64,000 nucleotides of DNA from Carcharhinus longimanus (lineage: Eukaryota): the NCBI GenBank assembly GCA_030264375.1, contig JASCQW010000119.1, positions 9,412,069-9,476,068 on the forward strand, read 5' to 3'. Shown one piece after another: positions 34,741-46,600 of the stretch. Positions within the stretch are counted from its first letter, which is position 1; every line of letters starts with the position of its first letter. Made by a program: the position numbers and the translations under genes. Below the pieces are notes generated by a model. The model did no database searches, was not told where the DNA came from, and worked only from the letters and a program-made list of their open reading frames with translations.

Positions 34741-37429
34741 CACTATAAATCCAACAATTATGTCTTAATTCATTCTGACAAATTGTGCTGGCCTCGGAAA
34801 AAATTGTGAAAATCGATGCAAATTTCAATGTTCATCCACTTCTCCTCCAATGAGAAATCTGAAGATTTAAAAGGGAAACTTCCCTCTCGTGTTCGAGAAA
34901 ACCCATCCTACAGAGAGAGGATTAAGACGTGCAAAGAAAAGCTCCGTAGGGGAATACAGATACAACAGCTCAGGGGACCTATTAAAATATTCCCATTCCT
35001 ACTCCCGAATTGATGAACGTCCAAATCCGACCGAAGTTTCGGATGTGACAGCCGCTCCCCAATTCTGACATGACACCCATTCCAGATCCAACATACCCAT
35101 TGCTGCGACCCGCTCTCAGGTTAAGAACATTACACTTTTTTTTTCAAGGATATATCCTCTCATTAAGCGGCTTTCTGCCACTTAAGGTTCTCTGTATACC
35201 GCTTGGGCTGTCTTAGGAATACATGCCTTCACGCAAACCCTCTCCCTGGCTCTCCCCTCCCAGTAAATTACTTACATTTGAAACGTGTGTGCTCGCTTTT
35301 CTCTTTAAACATTATGTTCATGCAAACGACTGACAGAAAATTATGTTATCTCTCAGTGTCCCAAATTATACCTGGCACTGCAGCACCGCATCTACCTCAC
35401 CAAGTGTGATTGAGGAAGGAGAGAGGTGACAGGATACTTGCGTAGATAAATTTATCGAGGGTGGAAATCTGATGGAGATTGCTACTTTATGGACGTTACG
35501 AACAAGAATTGCTTTCAGGTTTTCCAATGACAGGAGAGCTGCCCTTTCATTTACTGCTGCTTAATTTTCACTTACTCGTGTGCCGTGTCTTATTACATTT
35601 CTCATTTGTTGGCTCCAAACTTCTACAGTATATCAGTTTTACACAAATAACATATTCACTGATTGTCTCAGAATGAATAATATTATTTTCTGTTCCTTTA
35701 TTTCCACATTCATTATTTTCTTTATGCTGGTTGACCAAGGTCCCTTTGTTGCATTTGGGAAAGAGAACGCATGGCCTTAATTCATGAGAAATTTGCGGAA
35801 CTCTGCTGCAAACTGGGAGCACGTTCGAGCCATCAGCGCTTGGAAATTAAGTTTAAAAGTCGGTTGATCGCGTGATCAGATGCAAGAGTTAATGACTGAA
35901 AATCATGTGACGATAACACCCTCTTTTCATAGTTTCGTTAAACGAAAAAACAAATAATTGCAGAAATGAAATACCTCGATCTTTTGAGATGAGCTGCGTT
36001 TCTGTTCGGGAACAAAGGCATTGGAGTGGAGTTTCAACTTTTGTTGTTCCATTTTCTTTTGAAAAATGCAGAATAGACACGTTTATGTATATAATTGTAC
36101 GGTCTTCCTGATACTTGATCATGAAAACAATATTAACGATTGAGGCTTTATTTGAAGAATATAATATTTATATGTTTTCACCATCTGTGCAGTTCAAGGG
36201 AGTAAAAAAAAGTCTGAATGATTAGTGATGAAGATAAATTTCTAAAAGTTACCAGTTCACCAGCTTATCAACAGATTAAAAATTGAAAACCTCTTTCATT
36301 ATATATTGAATTTGCATGCTGTTTGTAACTTCCCTTTAGGAGGTGCACAGAATGGATTTGTCCAAGTCACATAAAGTCAACTTATTTCAACCGAATCAAC
36401 AAACTATAGGACGAAAAATGTTGACAAGACCAATGTAAGAAATATGACTCGCGTCCACCCCAAAATCTTTCAAAGCAACTAATGTGGACTCACTCTAGGC
36501 GTTTCCATGTATTTCTGAGTGTTTTCTTTCAGGCAATTATTCTTTTCCCATGTTAAACTCATACCGTCTCGGGGTAGAGAAAAGACTTTTCAAATCTTGG
36601 TAATCTGTATATGCTCTCTTACAAGTATATCGAGAGTTCTTGTCTTTTTTTATTATGAGCTCTCTAATGCCACTCCATTTTACTGAAATATGATGTCGGA
36701 TTCTGGAATTACAATTTCTCAAATATTGCATGAGTTTCAGTAAAGAAGAAACAGAGGAAATGTATAAGGAAAGATGCACTAAAGTATTATCTCAAAATGC
36801 ATCTCGAAAAAAAAATGAAACATAGATTATTCAATGGGGACAAGTATGGTTTTATGAAAATGACATATAATGTGACAGAGCTTTGGAGTGTCTTGAAGCT
36901 TTGACAATTCGTGTAAACAAATTCAAGCCTGCCAGTATCATGTGCATATATTGAGAAAAAAAATGTTTCCAATGAGATGCCGGAAGAAAGCGTTAATGAA
37001 AACGGTAGTAGTTCATGAAGCAGGGTGATTAGTAATTCTGAATGGTTAGATGATTGTCGAATGGAGGTTTGTCCTATATTCGGTCCGTGTGTCAATTTGC
37101 AATAAGGATCCATAACATTAGACTCAGCTTTTGAAATGAATTTGTACTTACTTTCGGAAAACTAATATTGTGATCCTGCTTATCCATTTTTACATTGGCT
37201 TACCATGTCTTGGCTGTTGTAAACCCAACGATAGCCAATGCATGGAGGAACGACATAGTAAATGGACAAGGAACAAGACATGTCATGTCAAGTAAATTTT
37301 ATCCTGGCGGTCAGGACGTCAAGGAAAATTGCGTTGAGACCGCATGGGTCCGGATGTCGTGTTGTTAATGGATAGATTATTCAATGACGTGGCAGGGAGC
37401 AAAAACGCAGAGCTTCTGATGGCCAAATT

Positions 37430-39830
37430 CCTCAGTGAGTAGTGGCAGTGATTATGTGCGCATCCGCGTTCTTTCCTCGTGAAGCTAAGTGTCAATTTCT
37501 CGAATTGGCGTTTTTCGCTACATGTGCGGCAGGGAGCGAGAGTGAAAGTGAAAAGGGGAAAAGGTGGTCGGTGTGGCTGTAGGAGCGAATGTGTTTCTGG
37601 TGCTAGAAAACAGTGTGACCTTTTGCATTGTATTCTGTATGTGATAGCCGTGTTGCAGTGAGCCTGTGTAAATGTTTATATTTGGCAGTGTATACAGTGT
37701 TGTGTTGTTTGGGCGGGTGTTGTGAGCCGTTGAGTGATTTTAGAGGTCCTGAGAGAGATTGATTGTATATCACAAAGGGTAATTTCGAAATGAGAATGGG
37801 CTAGGTTTTATGACAGGAAAGGAGTTGAGAAAATTTCACCGTGAAAATTGGATGGCTATAGCTTTATTCTTGGAGTTGATTTTGCAGTGAGAGAAAGTGA
37901 TTCTTTCAGTGTGTGATCGAGAGATTTTTGGCGTAGATTGTGGATGAGTGCATGTGTGGCAGTGGGAGTAAATGACTGTGTGGGATGTGCGAATGAGAGC
38001 GTGTGTTCAAAGGGACAACATGTTGCATGAGCTTCTGCGGCAGCGTGAGCGAGTGATTGTAACTGTGGGGTCTATGAAAATGTGTATGTTGAAATTGAGG
38101 GAACATGCGTATCCATGAAAGAGGATATTTGGCAATGATAGAAAATGCATTTGGCGTTGAAATTGAACACGTGGTATTGAAAGAGATTGCTTGAGAATGA
38201 CACAAAGAGATAATGAATGATGCATCCGGCGGCATTCGTGACTGTGGGCCAGGCTGTTCGAGTGATTGAGTGAATGCAAGCATGGTGATAAAAGCGATTC
38301 ATTGTGTGTGCCTGTGAGAATGTGTGTGTGTGTGTGTGTGTGTGCACAGTTTGGCGGTGGGAGTGATTGGCATTGTGTTTGGCAGTGAGAGTTGCATGCA
38401 GCATTGTGAAGTTGTTAGCGTATCTATGCCAGTGAGAATGAAACACTGTGCGGGAAAGGGAAAACATGCACGAGTGCAGTGACTGTCAGGAACAGTATCT
38501 GCCATTGTATGTGTGTGTGTGTGTGCATCGTGTGTGCACGTGGTACTGAGTCAGTGAATGCATTAGCACATCTGAGAGTGAGTCTGTGTGCTAGTCGTAC
38601 TGAGAGTGCATGTACGTGGCAGTGAAGATAAGGAATATGTGTGACAGTAAACAGTAATGATTGTTGCAGTGTTCATATGCGGGTGAGGCCTCGGGAATGA
38701 ACAATTGATTTTTGCAGTGAAAGGTCATGATTGAGTGTAGGTGCTGCTGAGACTGAGCGATTGAGCAAGTGAGCGAGTGAGAGAGTGAGAGTGAGTGAGT
38801 GAGTGAGTGAGTGAGTGAGTGAGTGAGTGAGTGACTTATTGTGTCACGGAGTGAATGAGTGGAGCACGAAAAAAAAATGAGCGTTTGCTTTGCAGTGGAT
38901 CTTAACGAGTTTGTGCGTGACAGTGGCAAAACTCAGTCAGTAATTCAAAGTACGTTTAGAATGAATGAGTGTGGCAATGAGAGTGTGAATGTGTCTGTGC
39001 GTGCACGTCATACCAAGAGTGCCTTCATTTTGGATTGCGTTCCGTGGGAGCAAATGCGTTTGCGAAGCAGTGGGAATACGTTCAAAAGTGGCATCGTGAC
39101 TCGACGTATCACACTCAGCGAGAAAGACTGTGTTCGGCAGTGAAAGAACGTTTTTGCGGTTATGTGAGTGTTTAATTGTGCCTGCCAGTGAGAGGGAATG
39201 AATGGGGCAGGGGGTTATATGAGTATCCATTTGCCAATCAGTGTATATATGTGTGGGGCCGGAAGTTTTGTATGTGTACGCGCATATGTACGCTCTCGCA
39301 TGCGTGTAGTAATTGCGTTTGCTGGCCATTGAGTGAAAATGGGTGTGATTTTCGCGGTGTGTGCGCCTGAAGCTTTCGGTAGCAGTGAGAAAGCATGAAT
39401 GTGTGTGGCAACGAAAACGAGTAAATGCGTATAACTGAAAGTGAGATTCAGTGAGAGTCCAGGGCCATAAGAAGATAAGCGACTCTCTGTGATGATAACA
39501 CAGGCAACTGCCTTTGAGTCGTAATTAATTTGTGTTGCACTGAGAGTTTGCGCTTGTGATAGTGCGTCACTTATAAGTGAGTCTGTATGGCATGAAAAAC
39601 GTGTGTGTGCCAGTGAGTAACACTCTATGTGGTTTAGAAGTGAGTCTTACTGTCCGGCAGACAGGATGGAAATTTATGTTCACATTGACTATTTTGCAGA
39701 TTAAGAATGTGTGCATTTTGCCTAGCGAGGGACTGAGAAGAAGCGAGTGAGTGCACATTGATCTTAGCGTTAGGATTCTCACTCTCTCGCAGCTGTACGC
39801 ACAATAAAAACATCGTGTATAATGGTGAAT
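37430..39830 (+). repeat. Degenerate GT-rich minisatellite (~26-28 bp unit, consensus near GGCAGTGAGAGTGAATGAxTGTGTGT) with embedded (TG)n and (GAGT)n
   Basis: Recurrent (G/T)GCAGTG(A/G) anchors near 37443, 37683, 37883, 37958, 38381, 38618, 39136, 39184; (GAGT)n near 38790-38833. Confidence 0.7.
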
Positions 39831-40906
39831 GAGTGAACACCGAAGACAAGCGTCTTAGCCGAAGACGGAAGAACATAAAACTCTCACCTGACCATTTGAA
39901 TTAAATATGTTTAATACAATTACCAAATACTGCTATGACAATTTACCTCGTTTCATATTCAGCAAAAAGAGCCATCATAATTACGTACTTATCGAAGTCA
40001 AATTATTTTTGCACCAAAAACATATTTCTAGAATGTGTTCATTTGCTCCAAAGATGAGCAAATTCTAACGTTCCCCACTCCCCTTCCGAAATCCATCCCT
40101 ACTCCTTCCCACGTCTGATCAACTTGGAAGGGAAGAGAGTGACTTAATGCCGAGCGGAGATATGGTGAGCAAATTACTACTATTGCACGTTACAGTTATG
40201 GTATTAAACGTGTGTGTGTGTGGATGGAGCATACTTTCCGATAACGGAAACGGCTAAAATCAGTGTTTTTAAGACCAAATTATTCATCTTGGCGACGTTG
40301 CCGTTTTAGTCAATTTCGATTCTTTTTGCACGAGGTGTTGATGCCAATAAAGACATAGAATTATCTCTACAATGGCAAGACAAGGTGTGTTTTTTTTTGG
40401 TCTCACCTAAGTCGTGGGCCTTAGATTTGTAGTGTTCTAGCTCTGTATGAAATCAACAAGAAAAGGTTAAAGTCTCACAAAAGACAGTGTGGAAATTCGG
40501 CCCCTCACTGTACCACTCTTACCGCTTGTGAAATTCAGCCGCTGAATTGGCGATACAAACATCTTGTTACATTTCAGGGGACTACCACAGAAATAAATTG
40601 CTATTTCATCGACACTTTGAGCACAATTAGGACCTCACGATGGCACGGACATGGCAGAATTTAGCGAATTTAGCGATCAAATTGAATACATTATTTGCAT
40701 TGAGGGAAGAAGACCGTGTTCTTAATTGAGGCAGCATCAAATGCGTTCAGTGATGGTACAGAAATAATGATCCCAATGGCAACAACGAAACGTCAATTAA
40801 TTGAATTTGTTAACGCTCATTGGTGCGTCTAAAGTTTGTGGTTTCAAAATAGGGGTAGAATATAAAGGAATTGAACGTATATCCACATCTCCGAGAAAAC
40901 ACGCAA

Positions 40907-40950
40907 ACACACACACACACACACACACACACGCACGCACTCACACACAC
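40907..40950 (+). repeat. (CA)n microsatellite
   Basis: Read directly from the sequence. Confidence 0.9.
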
Positions 40951-42061
40951 AAACAATTCATTATACAGATAGATATGAACACTTTTCTGAGCAGATGGGA
41001 ATTGTTTAGCGCCAAGGAGTTCATGGGCTACATAACTGAGTGCGTTGTTTCACGAATATTCCATAGAAAGTAGAGGTGCAATAGGGAAAATGCCCATGCT
41101 ACATTCATTTGAATAAACGAGTTTAATTGTTCAAAGCATTTTGGAAATCTAAACATTTGAGATTTTTGAATGGCAGGTCAGTAACATTGAATAGACTTCT
41201 GTAGTGTCAAGTATTTTCCCAGACAGGTTATGAATATTGACCCAGCTTACGTGTTGTTTTTTTTTTACAGAAGAATATCAAGCCATTTCAGCAATGCGGG
41301 ACAAATGTGAAACGTAAATCATCACTTCATCAACGTACCTTTCTCTGTAACTTTTGTTTTTTGATCTATGATGGAAAAATGGAGACACATGTATTCTGCC
41401 CTAATATTACTCATATAATGTTAAGTATAATACAATTGATACGTTTTCATTTCTCACAAATAGAGGGATACATTTCATTTCCACCCGTATGGCAAATTTC
41501 AAAATTAGACGAAAAACATTTTGTTATTGTGCAGTTTTCATAGAGTCAATTTGGTCCATGAAATTTGCACAGAGTTCATGAACAAGCTTCCATCTGGTCC
41601 CATTTCTGTACAAAATCGTTGTAATGTTGTGCATTTTTTGTTTGCACAGACTTCTTTTCATATATTGATGGAACCTCCCATCACCAGTCTCCCGAAGTAG
41701 TGTTCCAGATTCCCAGACCATTCTACTCATTTCGATATTTACTTTGAATCTGCATCACTGAGATATGAATACAATTTTGAGGGGGAGCTGTTTTACTATT
41801 TGCAATTCACTTTCCTCTCCAGGTCGCGATGACCGACGTCAAGATTCCGCACAGCCGGTTCTTTCCTTCCAACGAATACAGACGGACACATATTGCACCT
41901 GTCCTCGAGGTGTCCTTTTTTTTTCCTCCCAGGAATCATTTTGGTGACTCTCACAGCTTTTGCAAAAATGATTACAGGGCTGGCAGGCAACGTACGTGGT
42001 AAGATGACAACAGGCTATTACTCAGTAAGTTTATTTGAAATCACAGGCTATCAGATCGTTT

Positions 42062-42186
42062 TTCCTTCGTCAGGTGTTGGAGCAGCGCTCCAAGAGCTAG
42101 ATGATTAGATAAATAATTGAACTATAAACTGTTGTTATGCGACCTATCATCTTGTCGACCCCAGTACAACACTACCATCTTCGCAT
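42062..42186 (+). mobile_element. Penelope-like terminal repeat fragment
   Basis: GGAGCAGCGCTCCAAGAGCTAG...AATAA...ACTATAA..TGTTGT...ACCCCAGTACAACAC..CATCT resembles a common shark Penelope-type tail as I recall it. Confidence 0.5.
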
Positions 42187-43254
42187 GAAGGCAATCTGAT
42201 TGGATGGCCGTTCTGAAATCCAACACTTCCTGCCGCTAAATTTCGGAGGAGTTGCTTCAAGCTAGTGCAAATAGAGTTTAGGGGACAAATACACTACCAC
42301 TCATTTTGTTGGGCATAATGAATTTCACGTTGTTGATGGCATACATATTTATTAAATACGCAATTTCATAAACAGGAATCTGATTCAAGGAGGAGGGCGA
42401 TTTGCCATCTTATGAGCATAACCTATTGCACGAATAATAGTTTAACATGAGGTTATGCATTCATAATGTATTTTAAATGATCACCATTCACAATTTTACC
42501 TAATTCATCCTTACTTCCTGAGAGATTTCTTTTTTTCTGCCCTGTCTAGCCGACAGTGTATGAAATAAAATTCAAGGCTACTTTTGAATTGTTGACAGGT
42601 TAATGATTGTGAAGACATGAAACGAAAGATTTTTAATCGTTACCTGCCTTAAAATCCTGCAGGATATTTTGAAATGCATTCAAACTGACAATTTAACTAC
42701 TCTGGCAGCATAATAAACAGACTCATTAATAATTTGTTTCATTCTTTTATCAGCAAAACATGACCTGAATACATGATTTTCAGATTCAACATGCACTTCC
42801 AAGGTTCAATCCACACTTCGTTTACCGACAGAGCTTTCATGAATTATTCAACAAGGTGAAACCGTTTGGGAAAAAAAAAATCCTTCTATCTTACAATCAT
42901 AGCCTTGGTGACATTTTAGCCTTGTTACACAATAATGGATATTAATGCACTTATGGATAATGATGGAGGAAATAAAGAAGATTACTCTGCAAGGAAAAAT
43001 GCACAAGGTGGTTGATATATTTCGACGTAGCTGCAATGTTTAAAAGATATTTGAGACATCCTACTCAATTATGGTAATTAAACATCTTATGCAGCTTGGA
43101 TTGTATTAGTAAACACATAATAAATGATTGAGTTTGGTTTAACAAAATGTACTTTTGTAGGATGTACCCTCAGTTAAAACTGTGATCGGATGGTGACAAC
43201 TTTTATTGTTTTTTTCATATTATATGCTAATTTACTGTAATCGAGGTAGAGGCT

Positions 43255-43618
43255 ATCATTGCGAGCTGATGCCCCAGTGGTATTAACGGCGGATTACTAA
43301 TTCAGAAACTCAGCTAATATTCTGTGGTTTCGTGTTCAATCGTGCCGTGACAGAATTTTGAATTTGAATTCAATTAAATACAATCTCGAATTCAGAATCT
43401 TCTGATGACCATGACGCCGTTGTCGATGTCCGGAAAAAGAAAGCATCAGATTCCCTCATGTCCTTTGGGGAGGAAATCTGCCATCCTTACCTGGAGTGGT
43501 TAATTTAGACTCTAGAGTCACAGCAATATGGCTACTACTTAGCTGCTTTCCGAACGTAACAAGGGACGGGCACTGAACCCTGGCCAGCAAAGTACGCACC
43601 TATGAATGAGTAAAACAA
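43255..43618 (+). mobile_element. tRNA-head SINE whose 3' tail matches the LINE at 20315-21720
   Basis: CAGTGGTATT head, GTTCAAT B-box-like, GAATTTGAATTCAAT, GATGACCATGA, ATGTCCTTTGGGGAGGAAATCTGCCATCCTTACCTGG, tail GGGACGGGCA...CTGGCC...ATGAATGA. Confidence 0.75.
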
Positions 43619-46600
43619 AGCAATGTCTATGCATTTTCATTTTTTTAACAATCTGAATTGACCGCAATACTTCATGAAGAATCGTGTATCGATAGCCTTC
43701 AATAAATTCATTTTGAAATCTCTCCATGGATTTGCGAACTACTAGGAGGAAATAATGTTTTGAAATGCAACATTGAGTCCATCATAATAGGCCATTAAAA
43801 GTGTTGGCAATCGGAGTGATTTCGCTCAGCCTAACTGGTGATAGGGTCAATATGAATCATTTCTGATTAATGCTGGCAGTTGAGTGTTGTTTTTAAAACA
43901 GCAGCCGATTCAACTAGTGAAAAGCCAAAAAAAAATGGACCACGTCAGGGAAGTGCCACCATGACAGTGACTATCGCTCCCCACCCCTCCCCCCACCCCG
44001 CCCCGCAACTCCCACTGCCAAGTTAAAAAAAACACATGCGAGCACGCTGTTGTCAACAAATCACGCATCGTTGCAAAATAGAAACCAATGCTAAGCAGGT
44101 GGCAGCCAACTACATGAAATTGAATTTAATACTGACTAGAGATGAAATACAGTAAAAGAAAACTCATAGCATGTTATTAAAAAATAAGTCAAATCCGAGA
44201 AAGCCATTGTTTCCTAAATCACACACCAGTACATAGCTGTGTAGAGGAAGGCTTGAATTTCAGCTATAAAGGAAAGAACTCTGAATCGTTCATCTGATTT
44301 TTTAAATGTGATTATGTCAGCTTTGAAGTCACCATGTGGCAGGTAGCTTAACAGGTTTTCAATTACAGAAATTTAGAAGGTTCAAAGCAGAACCAATATC
44401 ATTCATGCATAATCTAGTGTTGCTTTCCGGTTTCTCCACTTTATTGTTTTCCACATGATTCTGTGATCATTGTTTGTGATTTACCTCATGAAGGTAACTA
44501 AGATGAGGGAGGAACATCGATATTTTATGGAAATTCTTTCAATGGTCGTTATTATTCCAGGATATTTTGAGAAACATGTTGGAATTTTAGACAGGATGCA
44601 AATCCGCATCTGTAAGATTGAGATTGTTCTCATTATAATGGTTACTTAACATTTGGAATATTTGAAATGTGATGACATATCGTGTGTTGGATTGATGATG
44701 GTCTACATTTCTTGTCAGGTAGAAAAACTCACTGCGGACAGATTTAGAAGAACGGAAGGCCGACTTTGTAACGAGATACTGGGAAGAATACGAGAAAAAG
44801 AATGTTTGAATAGAAATAATCCCCGGTCGGGTGTTGGGTGATGGCGCAATGGCGTCCATTTGAGAATTGCACTTCACCCCTTTTGAAACTAGCAGAATCA
44901 TAATGACTGTCTAATAACAACAGATGCTTTTTTTTGTTATATGCTGGAAATACGGCTTGCAACATTGTAACGCTATGAATCGTCAGATGCGTTCCGACCA
45001 ATGAACTCATCTTCCCAGGCAAGATGAGCCTTGTTTTTTTTGTTGTTGCTATACAATTAATTGCAACTAAAGTAAGCATTTGATTCAGGACATTTGAAAA
45101 TTAATTGACTTACACTTTTGCATCAATTTTCTGTCTGAATCTAAATTTGATAATAGGGGAGTTCAACGTACAGAATACCTGATGGGGGAGTGGGCGTGGG
45201 GGGCGCTACTGAAAAACGTTTAGCAACAGCACCGGCTTTAGGGCTGTCCGATAACGATCCAACTTCTTATTAAACTAATGTAAAGTTTAGTTATTTGTCA
45301 TAAGTCAGGACAAAATTATCACCGCAATTAAGTAACGGTCAAATCCACTAATATATTGTTGTAGTTACACAACACTCACGTTGCGTTCTGTGGTGAGGCT
45401 GTTCAAAATTAGTGAAACGATTGCAATTACGGAAAATGTGGATCTCAATACAGAGTACAAAAAAGTGCAAATTTTGAATCAGGGAATGATGGAACCGTGT
45501 CATTTGCGAAATGGTAATGCCTACCCTGTCACCAAACAGACATGTTATTGGAAGCGGATGAGGAAAACAAAACTCACTGGGATAGATGGTTATTGAATGT
45601 AAAGACCAAGCATGGGATGCATTGGTGAGATGTGATGATTTGAACAGTGAAAGCGAATCGTCGTTTTAGGGGAGCTGATGTTTGAACAAGGGAGGACAGA
45701 TTTTAGGATGGGATTCATTTGTTGGGCAACAGAAACGACAAAGGTGATAAAAAGATTTTTTTTTAATGATTTCTATGGATATAAAAGAAAACACTGTTCA
45801 GATGGCAGCTATAGATGTTTGAACATATTTCTGCTCGTAGAGAGATGTAAGGCTCTAATTTGGAAACCTATACCTCTGTTGTTTGAATTTAGTATAATAT
45901 TGACATTGGCAAATGTATTGATAGCAAACTAGTTTAATGCGAAGCTATTTAAGACGAAGAATAAATAATCAGAATATTTAGCTGCCTGTAATCCAGCAGA
46001 AAGATTTGATTTATATTTGAAAGATGTTACGAAGCACACTGAATATGATTATATAAATGGAGAATGTAGAAACTGGCACTGAAGTAGCAAAACGAAATTG
46101 AAATATCGATTCCACTATAACGATTGGAATATTTTGGCTTTAATCTGATGCATTTTCTAACGAAAGTAAAGTAAAATTGAACCAGTGAACTGGTGGTTTC
46201 ACTCGGTGATATTTGTGTCTTCGTTTGAGTTTTTAATAGAACAATTTTTGACACACTAACAGCCACCAGAGGCATCTCAACCATACGGAGAGAGATGGAC
46301 GAGTACATCAAACTTATTAGATGTGATAGCCTGAGGGGCAAGAAGATGTTACCCTGATATTGAGATAGCGCGCAAGTATGTAGGTAGGTTACATGAGAAG
46401 TTACTTATATTTAGGAAATCAGTCCAAATTAGACACATGTAATGATTTAGAACTGCTTGAAAGTATTCATTAATGTCTCAGTCATGAATACTAAATCACA
46501 AATAATATGACTTGGCATGATTAATGGACAATGCAGTAAAACAATTAACATTAAATAATCAAGTCATTGACACATCTTCCTTTGAGAAACAGATTCTCAA

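Noticed and set aside
37906-38929. His/Ser/Thr-rich minus-strand ORFs
   Set aside because: Products of the low-complexity GT-rich repeat, not genes
40700-40875. TGGTTTCAAAATAGG (WFQNR) preceded by AAAGTT, a possible relic homeobox (e.g. decayed elasmobranch HoxC)
   Set aside because: Needs a frameshift, upstream frames have multiple stops, and there is no LEKEF/YL helix match; compatible with chance
41268-41315. Peptide EEYQAISAMRDKC resembling Ras EEYSAMRD after a splice acceptor
   Set aside because: Three-residue insertion and no flanking DTAG or other Ras motifs; likely coincidence
42195-42245. Minus-strand CGGCAGGAAGTGTTGGATTTCAGAACGG resembling RQVKIWFQNR codons
   Set aside because: Requires two indels and has no upstream homeobox similarity
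46381-46402. TAGGTAGGTTACATG resembling the miR-196 5' end
   Set aside because: The 3' half does not match and no complementary hairpin arm is visible
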